Below are positions 27,101 through 40,689 of a DNA stretch of 64,000 nucleotides, piece by piece. This stretch comes from Eledone cirrhosa (lineage: Eukaryota): NCBI GenBank assembly GCA_964016885.1, contig OZ024762.1, forward strand, positions 30,318,001-30,382,000, in the 5' to 3' direction. Made by a program: the position numbers and the translations under genes. Each line of letters starts with the position of its first letter. The stretch's first letter is position 1. Under the pieces are notes generated by a model. That model was not told the origin of the DNA. It saw nothing but the letters and a program-made list of their open reading frames with translations, and made no database searches.

Positions 27101-28940
27101 TTAAGTTCATGGTATTAGCTGTCAGAAGTAACTCCACTGTTGGTGAGAATTCATTTAAGTTCATGGTATTAGCTGTCAGAAGTAACTCCACTGTTGGTGA
27201 GAATTCATTTAAGTTCATGGTATTAGCTGTCAGAAGGAACTCCAATGTTGGTGAGAATTCATTTAAGTTCATGGTATTAGCTGTCAGGAGGAACGCCACT
27301 GTTGGTGAGAATTCATTTAAGTCATGGTATTAGCTGTCAGAAGTAACTCCATTATTGGTGAGAATTCATTTAAGTCATGGTACTAGCTGTCAGAAGTAAC
27401 TCCACTGTTGGTGAGAATTCATTTAAGTTCATGGTATTAGCTGTCAGAAGGAACTCCACTGTTGGTGAGAATTCATTTAAGTTCATGGTATTAGCTGTCA
27501 GAAGTAACTCCACTGTTGGTGAGAATTCATTTAAGTTCATGGTACTAGCTGGCAGAAGTAACTCCACTGTTGGTGAGAATTCATTTAAGTTCATGGTACT
27601 AGCTGTCAGAAGGAACTCCACTGTTGGTGAGAATTCATTTAATTTCATGGTATTAGCTGTCAGAAGTAACTCCAATGTTGGTGAGAATTCATTTAAGTCA
27701 TGGTACTAGCTGTCAGAAGTAACTCCACTGTTGGTGAGAATTCATTTACGTTCATGGTATTAGCTGTCAGAAGGAACTCCACTGTTGGTGAGAATTCATT
27801 TAAGTTCATGGTATTAGCTGTCAGAAGTAACTCCACTGTTGGTGAGAATTCATTTAAGTTCATGGTACTAGCTGTCAGAAGTAACTCCAATGTTGGTGAG
27901 AATTCATTTAAGTTCATGGTATTAGCTGTCAGAAGTAACTCCACTGTTGGTGAGAATTCATTTAAGTTCATGGTATTAGCTGTCAGAAGTAACTCCACTG
28001 TTGGTGAGAATTCATTTAAGTTCATGGTACTAGCTGTCAGAAGTAACTCCACTGTTGGTGAGAATTCATTTAAGTTCATGGTATTAGCTGTCAGAAGTAA
28101 CTCCACTGTTGGTGAGAATTCATTTAAGTCATGGTATTAGCTGTCAGAAGTAACTCCATTGTTGGTGAGAATTCATTTAAGTCATGGTACTAGCTGTCAG
28201 AAGTAACTCCACTGTTGGTGAGAATTCATTTAAGTTCATGGTACTAGCTGTCAGAAGTAACTCCACTGTTGGTGAGAATTCATTTAAGTTCATGGTACTA
28301 GCTGTCAGAAGTAACTCCACTGTTGGTGAGAATTCATTTAAGTTCATGGTACTAGCTGTCAGAAGTAACTCCACTGTTGGTGAGAATTCATTTAAGTTCA
28401 TGGTACTAGCTGTCAGAAGTATCTCCACTGTTGGTGAGAATTCATTTAAGTTCATGGTACTAGCTGTCAGAAGTAACTCCACTGTTGTTGAGAATTCATT
28501 TAAGTTCATGGTACTAGCTGTCAGAAGTAACTCCACTGTTGGTGAGAATTCATTTAAGTTCATGGTACTAGCTGTTAGAAGTAACTCCAATGTTGGTGAG
28601 AATTCATTTAAGTTCATGGTATTAGCTGTCAGAAGTAACTCCACTGTTGGTGAGAATTCATTTAAGTTCATGGTATTAGCTGTCAGAAGGAACTCCACTG
28701 TTGGTGAGAATTCATTTAAGTTCATGGTATTAGCTGTCAGAAGTAACTCCACTGTTGGTGAGAATTCATTTAAGTTCATGGTACTAGCTGTCAGAAGTAA
28801 CTCCACTGTTGGTGAGAATTCATTTAAGTTCATGGTATTAGCTGTCAGAAGTAACTCCACTGTTGGTGAGAATTCATTTAAGTTCATGGTACTAGCTGTC
28901 AGAAGTAACCCCAATGTTGGTGACAATTCATTTAAGTTCA
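24190..28940. repeat. Tandem higher-order duplication, period 2480 bp (46 monomers)
   Basis: A 1-bp insertion variant AGTAAGTCAC occurs at 24481 and 26961, and ATTATTGG at 24871 and 27351. CAGGAG, TTTACGTT and GTTAGAAG occur in both copies. ORF pairs 24521/27001, 24897/27377, 25220/27700 and 25704/28184 differ by 2480. Confidence 0.92.
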
Positions 28941-30989
28941 TGGTATTAGCTGTCAGAAGTCACTCCAATGTTGGTGAGAATTCATTTAAGTTCATGGTAT
29001 TAGCTGTCAGAAGTCACTGCACTGTTGGTGAGAATTCATTTAAGTTCATGGTACTAGGTGTCAGAAGTAACCCCAATGTTGGTGAGAATTCATTTAAGTT
29101 CATGGTATTAGCTGTCAGAAGTCACTCCAATGTTGGTGAGAATTCATTTAAGTTCATGGTATTAGCTGTCAGAAGTAACTCCACTGTTGGTGAGAATTCA
29201 TTTAAGTTCATGGTATTAGCTGTCAGAAGTAACTCCACTGTTGGTGAGAATTCATTTAAGTTCATGGTATTAGCTGTCAGAAGTAACTCCACTGTTGGTG
29301 AGAATTCATTTAAGTTCATGGTATTAGCTGTCAGAAGGAACTCCAATGTTGGTGAGAATTCATTTAAGTTCATGGTATTAGCTGTCAGAAGGAACGCCAC
29401 TGTTGGTGAGAATTCATTTAAGTCATGGTATTAGCTGTCAGAAGTAACTCCATTGTTGGTGAGAATTCATTTAAGTCATGGTACTAGCTGTCAGAAGTAA
29501 CTCCACTGTTGGTGAGAATTCATTTAAGTTCATTGTATTAGCTGTCAGAAGGAACTCCACTGTTGGTGAGAATTCATTTAAGTTCATGGTATTAGCTGTC
29601 AGAAGTAACTCCACTGTTGGTGAGAATTCATTTAAGTTCATGGTACTAGCTGTCCGAAGTAACTCCACTGTTGGTGAGAATTCATTTAAGTTCATGGTAC
29701 TAGCTGTCAGAAGGAACTCCACTGTTCGTGAGAATTCATTTAATTTCATGGTATTAGCTGTCAGAAGTAACTCCAATGTTGGTGAGAATTCATTTAAGTC
29801 ATGGTACTAGCTGTCAGAAGTAACTCCACTGTTGGTGAGAATTCATTTAAGTTCATGGTATTAGCTGTCAGAAGTAACTCCACTGTTGGTGAGAATTCAT
29901 TTAAGTTCATGGTATTAGCTGTGAGAAGTAACTCCACTGTTGGTGAGAATTCATTTAAGTTCATGGTACTAGCTGTCAGAAGTAACTCCACTGTTGGTGA
30001 GAATTCATTTAAGTTCATGGTATTAGCTGTCAGAAGTAACTCCACTGTTGGTGAGAATTCATTTAAGTCATGGTATTAGCTGTCAGAAGTAACTCCATTG
30101 TTGGTGAGAATTCATTTAAGTCATGGTACTAGCTGTCAGAAGTAACTCCACTGTTGGTGAGAATTCATTTAAGTTCATGGTACTAGCTGTCAGAAGTAAC
30201 TCCACTGTTGGTGAGAATTCATTTAAGTTCATGGTACTAGCTGTCAGAAGTAACTCCACTGTTGGTGAGAATTCATTTAAGTTCATGGTACTAGCTGTCA
30301 GAAGTAACTCCACTGTTGGTGAGAATTCATTTAAGTTCATGGTACTAGCTGTCAGAAGTATCTCCACTGTTGGTGAGAATTCATTTAAGTTCATGGTACT
30401 AGCTGTCAGAAGTAACTCCACTGTTGTTGAGAATTCATTTAAGTTCATGGTACTAGCTGTCAGAAGTAACTCCACTGTTGGTGAGAATTCATTTAAGTTC
30501 ATGGTACTAGCTGTCAGAAGTAACTCCAATGTTGGTGAGAATTCATTTAAGTTCATGGTATTAGCTGTCAGAAGTAACTCCACTGTTGGTGAGAATTCAT
30601 TTAAGTTCATGGTACTAGCTGTCAGAAGTAACTCCACTGTTGGTGAGAATTCATTTAAGTTCATGGTATTAGCTGTCAGAAGTAACTCCACTGTTGGTGA
30701 GAATTCATTTAAGTTCATGGTACTAGCTGTCAGAAGTAACCCCAATGTTGGTGAGAATTCATTTAAGTTCATGGTATTAGCTGTCAGAAGGCACTCCAAT
30801 GTTTGTGAGAATTCATTTAAGTTCATGGTATTAGCTGTCAGAAGTAACTCCACTGTTGGTGAGAATTCATTTAAGTTCATAGTATTAGCTGTCAGAAGTA
30901 ACTCCACTGTTGGTGAGAATTCATTTAAGTTCATGGTACTAGCTGTCAGAAGTAACTCCACTGTTGGTGAGAATTCATTTAAGTTCATG

Positions 30990-33900
30990 GTATTAGCTGT
31001 CAGAAGTCACTCCAATGTTGGTGAGAATTCATTTAAGTTCATGGTATTAGCTGTCAGAAGTAACTCCACTGTTGGTGAGAATTCATTTAAGTTCATGGTA
31101 TTAGCTGTCAGAAGTAACCCCAATGTTGGTGAGAATTCATTTAAGTTCATGGTATTAGCTGTCAGAAGTCACTCCAATGTTGGTGAGAATTCATTTAAGT
31201 TCATGGTATTAGCTGTCAGAAGTAACTCCACTGTTGGTGAGAATTCATTTAAGTTCATGGTACTAGCTGTCAGAAGTAACTCCACTGTTGGTGAGAATTC
31301 ATTTAAGTTCATGGTATTAGCTGTCAGAAGTAACTCCACTGTTGGTGAGAATTCATTTAAGTTCATGGTATTAGCTGTCAGAAGGCACTCCAATGTTGGT
31401 GAGAATTCATTTAAGTTCATGGTATTAGCTGTCAGAAGTAACTCCACTGTTGGTGAGAATTCATTTAAGTTCATGGTATTAGCTGTCAGAAGTAACTCCA
31501 CTGTTGGTGAGAATTCATTTAAGTTCATGGTATTAGCTGTCAGAAGTAACTCCACTGTTGGTGAGAATTCATTTAAGTTCATGGTATTAGCTGTCAGAAG
31601 TAACTCCACTGTTGGTGAGAATTCATTTATGTTCATGGTATTAGCTGTCAGAAGTCACTCCAATGTTGGTGAGAATTCATTTAAGTTCATGGTATTAGCT
31701 GTCAGAAGTAACTCCACTGTAGGTGAGAATTCATTTAAGTTCATGGTATTAGCTGTCAGAAATAACCCCAATGTTGGTGAGAATTCATTTAAGTTCATGG
31801 TATTAGCTGTCAGAAGTCACTCCAATGTTGGTGAGAATTCATTTAAGTTCATGGTATTAGCTGTCAGAAGTAACTCCAATGTTGGTGAGAATTCATTTAA
31901 GTTCATGGTATTAGCTGTCAGAAGTAACTCCACTGTTGGTGAGAATTCATTTAAGTTCATGGTACTAGCTGTCAGAAGTAACTCCACTGTTGGTGAGAAT
32001 TCATTTAAGTTCATGGTATTAGCTGTCAGAAGTAACTCCACTGTTGGTGAGAATTCATTTAAGTTCATGGTATTAGCTGTCAGAAGGAACTCCAATGTTG
32101 GTGAGAATTCATTTAAGTTCATGGTATTAGCTGTCAGAAGGAACGCCACTGTTGGTGAGAATTCATTTAAGTCATGGTATTAGCTGTCAGAAGTAACTCC
32201 ATTGTTGGTGCGAATTCATTTAAGTCATGGTACTAGCTGTCAGAAGTAACTCCACTGTTGGTGAGAATTCATTTAAGTTCATGGTATTAGCTGTCAGAAG
32301 TAACTCCACTGTTGGTGAGAATTCATTTAAGTTCATGGTATTAGCTGTCAGAAGTAACTCCACTGTTGGTGAGAATTCATTTAAGTTCATGGTACTAGCT
32401 GTCAGAAGTAACTCCACTGTTGGTGAGAATTCATTTAAGTTCATGGTACTAGCTGTCAGAAGTAACTCCACTGTTGGTGAGAATTCATTTAAGTTCATGG
32501 TACTAGCTGTCAGAAGTAACCCCAATGTTGGTGAGAATTCATTTAAGTTCATGGTATTAGCTGTCAGAAGTCACTCCAATGTTGGTGAGAATTCATTTAA
32601 GTTCATGGTATTAGCTGTCAGAAGTCACTCCACTGTTGGTGAGAATTCATTTAAGTTCATGGTACTAGCTGTCAGAAGTAACCCCAATGTTGGTGAGAAT
32701 TCATTTAAGTTCATGGTATTAGCTGTCAGAAGTCACTCCAATGTTGGTGAGAATTCATTTAAGTTCATGGTATTAGCTGTCAGAAGTAACTCCACTGTTG
32801 GTGAGAATTCATTTAAGTTCATGGTATTAGCTGTCAGAAGTAACCCCAATGTTGGTGAGAATTCATTTAAGTTCATGGTATTAGCTGTCAGAAGTCACTC
32901 CAATGTTGGTGAGAATTCATTTAAGTTCATGGTATTAGCTGTCAGAAGTAACTCCACTGTTGGTGAGAATTCATTTAAGTTCATGGTACTAGCTGTCAGA
33001 AGTAACTCCACTGTTGGTGAGAATTCATTTAAGTTCATGGTATTAGCTGTCAGAAGTAACTCCACTGTTGGTGAGAATTCATTTAAGTTCATGGTATTAG
33101 CTGTCAGAAGGCACTCCAATGTTGGTGAGAATTCATTTAAGTTCATGGTATTAGCTGTCAGAAGTAACTCCACTGTTGGTGAGAATTCATTTAAGTTCAT
33201 GGTATTAGCTGTCAGAAGTAACTCCACTGTTGGTGAGAATTCATTTAAGTTCATGGTATTAGCTGTCAGAAGTAACTCCACTGTTGGTGAGAATTCATTT
33301 AAGTTCATGGTATTAGCTGTCAGAAGTAACTCCACTGTTGGTGAGAATTCATTTATGTTCATGGTATTAGCTGTCAGAAGTCACTCCAATGTTGGTGAGA
33401 ATTCATTTAAGTTCATGGTATTAGCTGTCAGAAGTAACTCCACTGTAGGTGAGAATTCATTTAAGTTCATGGTATTAGCTGTCAGAAATAACCCCAATGT
33501 TGGTGAGAATTCATTTAAGTTCATGGTATTAGCTGTCAGAAGTCACTCCAATGTTGGTGAGAATTCATTTAAGTTCATGGTATTAGCTGTCAGAAGTAAC
33601 TCCAATGTTGGTGAGAATTCATTTAAGTTCATGGTATTAGCTGTCAGAAGTAACTCCACTGTTGGTGAGAATTCATTTAAGTTCATGGTACTAGCTGTCA
33701 GAAGTAACTCCACTGTTGGTGAGAATTCATTTAAGTTCATGGTATTAGCTGTCAGAAGTAACTCCACTGTTGGTGAGAATTCATTTAAGTTCATGGTATT
33801 AGCTGTCAGAAGGAACTCCAATGTTGGTGAGAATTCATTTAAGTTCATGGTATTAGCTGTCAGAAGGAACGCCACTGTTGGTGAGAATTCATTTAAGTCA

Positions 33901-34190
33901 TGGTATTAGCTGTCAGAAGTAACTCCATTGTTGGTGAGAATTCATTTAAGTCATGGTACTAGCTGTCAGAAGTAACTCCACTGTTGGTGAGAATTCATTT
34001 AAGTTCATGGTATTAGCTGTCAGAAGTAACTCCACTGTTGGTGAGAATTCATTTAAGTTCATGGTATTAGCTGTCAGAAGTAACTCCACTGTTGGTGAGA
34101 ATTCATTTAAGTTCATGGTACTAGCTGTCAGAAGTAACTCCACTGTTGGTGAGAATTCATTTAAGTTCATGGTACTAGCTGTCAGAAGTA
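30990..34190. repeat. Tandem higher-order duplication, period 1726 bp (32 monomers, 2 deletions)
   Basis: ORF boundaries 31169/32895, 31817/33543 and 32183/33909 differ by 1726. Shared rare variants TTTATGTTC, CTGTAGGT, AAATAACCCC and AGGCACTCC appear in the same order. Confidence 0.9.
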
Positions 34191-34436
34191 ACTCCACTGT
34201 TGGTGAGAATTCATTTAAGTTCATGGTATTAGCTGTCAGAAGTAACTCCACTGTTGGTGAGAATTCATTTAAGTTCATGGTACTAGCTGTCAGAAGTAAC
34301 TCCACTGTTGGTGAGAATTCATTTAAGTTCATGGTATTAGCTGTCAGAAGTAACTCCACTGTTGGTGAGAATTCATTTAAGTCATGGTATTAGCTGTCAG
34401 AAGTAACTCCATTGTTGGTGAGAATTCATTTAAGTC

Positions 34437-37400
34437 ATGGTACTAGCTGTCAGAAGTAACTCCACTGTTGGTGAGAATTCATTTAAGTTCATGGTACTAG
34501 CTGTCAGAAGTAACTCCACTGTTGGTGAGAATTCATTTAAGTTCATGGTACTAGCGGTCAGAAGTATCTCCACTGTTGGTGAGAATTCATTTAAGTTCAT
34601 GGTACTAGCTGTCAGAAGTAACTCCACTGTTGTTGAGAATTCATTTACGTTCATGGTACTAGCTGTCAGAAGTAACTCCACTGTTGGTGAGAATTCATTT
34701 AAGTTCATGGTACTAGCTGTCAGAAGTAACTCCAATGTTGGTGAGAATTCATTTAAGTTCATGGTATTAGCTGTCAGAAGTAACTCCACTGTTGGTGAGA
34801 ATTCATTTAAGTTCATGGTACTAGCTGTCAGAAGTAACTCCACTGTTGGTGAGAATTCATTTAAGTTCATGGTATTAGCTGTCAGAAGTAACTCCACTGT
34901 TGGTGAGAATTCATTTAAGTTCATGGAACTAGCTGTCAGAAGTAACCCCAATGTTGGTGAGAATTCATTTAAGTTCATGGTATTAGCTGTCAGAAGTCAC
35001 TCCAATGTTGGTGAGAATTCATTTAAGTTCATGGTATTAGCTGTCAGAAGTCACTCCACTGTTGGTGAGAATTCATTTAAGTTCATGGTACTAGCTGTCA
35101 GAAGTAACCCCAATGTTGGTGAGAATTCATTTAAGTTCATGGTATTAGCTGTCAGAAGTCACTCCAATGTTGGTGAGAATTCATTTAAGTTCATGGTATT
35201 AGCTGTCAGAAGTAACTCCACTGTTGGTGAGAATTCATTTAAGTTCATGGTATTAGCTGTCAGAAGTAACTCCACTGTTGGTGAGAATTCATTTAAGTTC
35301 ATGGTATTAGCTGTCAGAAGTAACTCCACTGTTGGTGAGAATTCATTTAAGTTCATGGTATTAGCTGTCAGAAGTAACTCTACTGTTGGTGAGAATTCAT
35401 TTAAGTTCATGGTATTAGCTGTGAGAAGGAACTCCAATGTTGGTGAGAATTCATTTAAGTTCATGGTATTAGCTGTCAGAAGGAACGCCACTGTTGGTGA
35501 GAATTCATTTAAGTCATGGTATTAGCTGTCAGAAGTAACTCCATTGTTGGTGAGAATTCATTTAAGTCATGGTACTAGCTGTCAGAAGTAACTCCACTGT
35601 TGGTGAGAATTCATTTAAGTTCATGGTATTAGCTGTCAGAAGGAACTCCACTGTTGGTGAGAATTCATTTAAGTTCATGGTATTAGCTGTCAGAAGTAAC
35701 TCCACTGTTGGTGAGAATTCATTTAAGTTCATGGTACAAGCTGTCAGAAGTAACTCCACTGTTGGTGAGAATTCATTTAAGTTCATGGTACTAGCTGTCA
35801 GAAGTATCTCCACTGTTGGTGAGAATTCATTTAAGTTCATGGTACTAGCTGTCAGAAGTAACTCCACTGTTGGTGAGAATTCATTTAAGTTCATGGTACT
35901 AGCTGTCAGAAGTATCTCCACTGTTGGTGAGAATTCATTTAAGTTCATGGTACTAGCTGTCAGAAGTAACTCCACTGTTGGTGAGAATTCATTTAAGTTC
36001 ATGGTACTAGCTGTCAGAAGTAACTCCACTGTTGGTGAGAATTCATTTAACTTCATGGTACTAGCTGTCAGAAGTAACTCCAATGTTGGTGAGAATTCAT
36101 TTAAGTTCATGGTATTAGCTGTCAGAAGTAACTCCACTGTTGGTGAGAATTCATTTAAGTTCATGGTACTAGCTGTCAGAAGTAACTCCACTGTTGGTGA
36201 GAATTCATTTAAGTTCATGGTATTAGCTGTCAGAAGTAACTCCACTGTTGGTGAGAATTCATTTAAGTTCATGGTACTAGCTGTCAGAAGTAACCCCAAT
36301 GTTGGTGAGAATTCATTTAAGTTCATGGTATTAGCTGTCAGAAGTCACTCCAATGTTGGTGAGAATTCATTTAAGTTCATGGTATTAGCTGTCAGAAGTC
36401 ACTCCACTGTTGGTGAGAATTCATTTAAGTTCATGGTACTAGCTGTCAGAAGTAACCCCAATGTTGGTGAGAATTCATTTAAGTTCATGGTATTAGCTGT
36501 CAGAAGGCACTCCACTGTTGGTGAGAATTCATTTAAGTTCATGGTATTAGCTGTCAGAAGTAACTCCACTGTTGGTGAGAATTCATTTAAGTTCATGGTA
36601 TTAGCTGTCAGAAGTAACTCCACTGTTGGTGAGAATTCATTTAAGTTCATGGTATTAGCTGTCAGAAGTAACTCCACTGTTGGTGAGAATTCATTTAAGT
36701 TCATGGTATTAGCTGTCAGAAGTCACTCCAATGTTGGTGAGAATTCATTTAAGTTCATGGTATTAGCTGTCAGAAGTAACTCCACTGTTGGTGAGAATTC
36801 ATTTAAGTTCATGGTATTAGCTGTCAGAAGTAACCCCAATGTTGGTGAGAATTCATTTAAGTTCAGGGTATTAGCTGTCAGAAGTCACTCCAATGTTGGT
36901 GAGAATTCATTTAAGTTCATGGTATTAGCTGTCAGAAGTAACTCCACTGTTGGTGAGAATTCATTTAAGTTCATGGTATTAGCTGTCAGAAGTAACTCCA
37001 CTGTTGGTGAGAATTCATTTAAGTTCATGGTATTAGCTGTCAGAAGTAACTCCACTGTTGGTGAGAATTCATTTATGTTCATGGTATTAGCTGTCAGAAG
37101 TCACTCCAATGTTGGTGAGAATTCATTTAAGTTCATGGTATTAGCTGTCAGAAGTAACTCCACTGTAGGTGAGAATTCATTTAAGTTCATGGTATTAGCT
37201 GTCAGAAGTAACCCCAATGTTGGTGAGAATTCATTTAAGTTCATGGTATTAGCTGTCAGAAGTCACTCCAATGTTGGTGAGAATTCATTTAAGTTCATGG
37301 TATTAGCTGTCAGAAGTAACTCCACTGTTGGTGAGAATTCATTTAAGTTCATGGTATTAGCTGTCAGAAGTAACTCCACTGTTGGTGAGAATTCATTTAA

Positions 37401-40250
37401 GTTCATGGTATTAGCGGTCAGAAGTAACTCCACTGTTGGTGAGAATTCATTTAAGTTCATGGTATTAGCTGTCAGAAGTAACCCCAATGTTGGTGAGAAT
37501 TCATTTAAGTTCATGGTATTAGCTGTCAGAAGTCACTCCAATGTTGGTGAGAATTCATTTAAGTTCATGGTATTAGCTGTCAGAAGTAACTCCACTGTTG
37601 GTGAGAATTCATTTAAGTTCATGGTATTAGCTGTCAGAAGTAACTCCACTGTTGGTGAGAATTCATTTAAGTTCATGGTATTAGCTGTCAGAAGTAACTC
37701 CACTGTTGGTGAGAATTCATTTAAGTTCATGGTATTAGCTGTCAGAAGTAACTCCACTGTTGGTGAGAATTCATTTAAGTTCATGGTATTAGCTGTCAGA
37801 AGTCACTCCAATGTTGGTGAGAATTCATTTAAGTTCATGGTATTAGCTGTCAGAAGTAACTCCACTGTTGGTGAGAATTCATTTAAGTTCATGGTATTAG
37901 CTGTCAGAAGTAACTCCACTGTTGGTGAGAATTCATTTAAGTTCATGGTATTAGCTGTCAGAAGTAACTCCACTGTTGGTGAGAATTCATTTAAGTTCAT
38001 GGTATTAGCTGTCAGAAGTAACCCCAATGTTGGTGAGAATTCATTTAAGTTCATGGTATTAGCTGTCAGAAGTCACTCCAATGTTGGTGAGAATTCATTT
38101 AAGTTCATGGTATTAGCTGTCAGAAGTAACTCCACTGTTGGTGAGAATTCATTTAAGTTCATGGTATTAGCTGTCAGAAGTAACTCCACTGTTGGTGAGA
38201 ATTCATTTAAGTTCATGGTATTAGCTGTCAGAAGTAACTCCACTGTTGGTGAGAATTCATTTAAGTTCATGGTATTAGCTGTCAGAAGTAACTCCACTGT
38301 TGGTGAGAATTCATTTAAGTTCATGGTATTAGCTGTCAGAAGGAACTCCAATGTTGGTGAGAATTCATTTAAGTTCATGGTATTAGCTGTCAGAAGGAAC
38401 GCCACTGTTGGTGAGAATTCATTTAAGTCATGGTATTAGCTGTCAGAAGTAACTCCATTGTTGGTGAGAATTCATTTAAGTCATGGTACTAGCTGTCAGA
38501 AGTAACTCCACTGTTGGTGAGAATTCATTTAAGTTCATGGTATTAGCTGTCAGAAGGAACTCCACTGTTGGTGAGAATTCATTTAAGTTCATGGTATTAG
38601 CTGTCAGAAGTAACTCCACTGTTGGTGAGAATTCATTTAAGTTCATGGTACTAGCTGTCAGAAGGAACTCCACTGTTGGTGAGAATTCATTTAATTTCAT
38701 GGTATTAGCTGTCAGAAGTAACTCCAATGTTGGTGAGAATTCATTTAAGTCATGGTACTAGCTGTCAGAAGTAACTCCACTGTTGGTGAGAATTCATTTA
38801 AGTTCATGGTATTAGCTGTCAGAAGGAACTCCACTGTTGGTGAGAATTCATTTAAGTTCATGGTATTAGCTGTCAGAAGTAACTCCACTGTTGGTGAGAA
38901 TTCATTTAAGTTCATGGTACTAGCTGTCAGAAGTAACTCCAATGTTGGTGAGAATTCATTTAAGTTCATGGTATTAGCTGTCAGAAGTAACTCCACTGTT
39001 GGTGAGAATTCATTTAAGTTCATGGTATTAGCTGTCAGAAGTAACTCCACTGTTGGTGAGAATTCATTTAAGTTCATAGTACTAGCTGTCAGAAGTAACT
39101 CCACTGTTGGTGAGAATTCATTTAAGTTCATGGTATTAGCTGTCAGAAGTAACTCCATTGTTGGTGAGAATTCATTTAAGTCATGGTACTAGCTGTCAGA
39201 AGTAACTCCACTGTTGGTGAGAATTCATTTAAGTTCATGGTACTAGCTGTCAGAAGTAACTCCACTGTTGGTGAGAATTCATTTAAGTTCATGGTACTAG
39301 CTGTCAGAAGTAACTCCACTGTTGGTGAGAATTCATTTAAGTTCATGGTACTAGCTGTCAGAAGTAACTCCACTGTTGGTGAGAATTCATTTAAGTTCAT
39401 GGTACTAGCGGTCAGAAGTATCTCCACTGTTGGTGAGAATTCATTTAAGTTCATGGTACTAGCTGTTAGAAGTAACTCCACTGTTGTTGAGAATTCATTT
39501 AAGTTCATGGTACTAGCTGTCAGAAGTAACTCCACTGTTGGTGAGAATTCATTTAAGTTCATGGTACTAGCTGTCAGAAGTAACTCCAATGTTGGTGAGA
39601 ATTCATTTAAGTTCATGGTATTAGCTGTCAGAAGTAACTCCACTGTTGGTGAGAATTCATTTAAGTTCATGGTACTAGCTGTCAGAAGTAACTCCACTGT
39701 TGGTGAGAATTCATTTAAGTTCATGGTATTAGCTGTCAGAAGTAACTCCACTGTTGGTGAGAATTCATTTAAGTTCATGGAACTAGCTGTCAGAAGTAAC
39801 CCCAATGTTGGTGAGAATTCATTTAAGTTCATGGTATTAGCTGTCAGAAGTCACTCCAATGTTGGTGAGAATTCATTTAAGTTCATGGTATTAGCTGTCA
39901 GAAGTAACTCCACTGTTGGTGAGAATTCATTTAAGTTCATGGTATTAGCTGTCAGAAGTAACTCCACTGTTGGTGAGAATTCATTTAAGTTCATGGTATT
40001 AGCTGTCAGAAGTAACTCCACTGTTGGTGAGAATTCATTTAAGTTCATGGTATTAGCTGTCAGAAGTAACTCTACTGTTGGTGAGAATTCATTTAAGTTC
40101 ATGGTATTAGCTGTGAGAAGGAACTCCAATGTTGGTGAGAATTCATTTAAGTTCATGGTATTAGCTGTCAGAAGGAACGCCACTGTTGGTGAGAATTCAT
40201 TTAAGTCATGGTATTAGCTGTCAGAAGTAACTCCATTGTTGGTGAGAATT
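34437..40250. repeat. Non-adjacent duplication: ~34440-35560 vs ~39290-40250 (offset 4854 bp, then 4692 bp after loss of 3 monomers)
   Basis: Both blocks carry GCGGTC+AGTATC, GTTGTTGAG, ATGGAACTA, TCTACT and GTGAGAAGG in the same order. ORF boundaries 34978/39832 differ by 4854 and 35525/40217 by 4692 (4854 minus 162). Confidence 0.85.
37200..38330. repeat. Short-period higher-order repeat, 270 bp (5 monomers), about 4 copies
   Basis: The AGTCACTCCAAT variant creates minus-strand stops at 37263, 37533, 37803 and 38073, exactly 270 bp apart. Three of the four are preceded by a CCCCAAT monomer. Confidence 0.85.
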
Positions 40251-40689
40251 CATTTAAGTTCATGGTATTAGCTGTCAGAAGTAACTCCACTGTTGGTGAG
40301 AATTCATTTAGGTTCAGGGTACTAGCTGTCAGAAGTAACTCCAATGTTGGTGAGAATTCATTTAAGTTCATGGTATTAGCTGTCACAAGTAACTCCATTG
40401 TTGGTGAGAATTCATTTAAGTCATGGTACTAGCTGTCAGAAGTAACTCCACTGTTGGTGAGAATTCATTTAAGTTCATGGTATTAGCTGTCAGAAGGAAC
40501 TCCACTGTTGGTGAGAATTCATTTAAGTTCATGGTATTAGCTGTCAGAAGTAACTCCACTGTTGGTGAGAATTCATTTAAATTCATGGTACTAGCTGTCA
40601 GAAGTAACTCCACTGTTGGTGAGAATTCATTTAAGTTCATGGTACTAGCTGTCAGAAGGAACTCCACTGTTGGTGAGAATTCATTTAAG

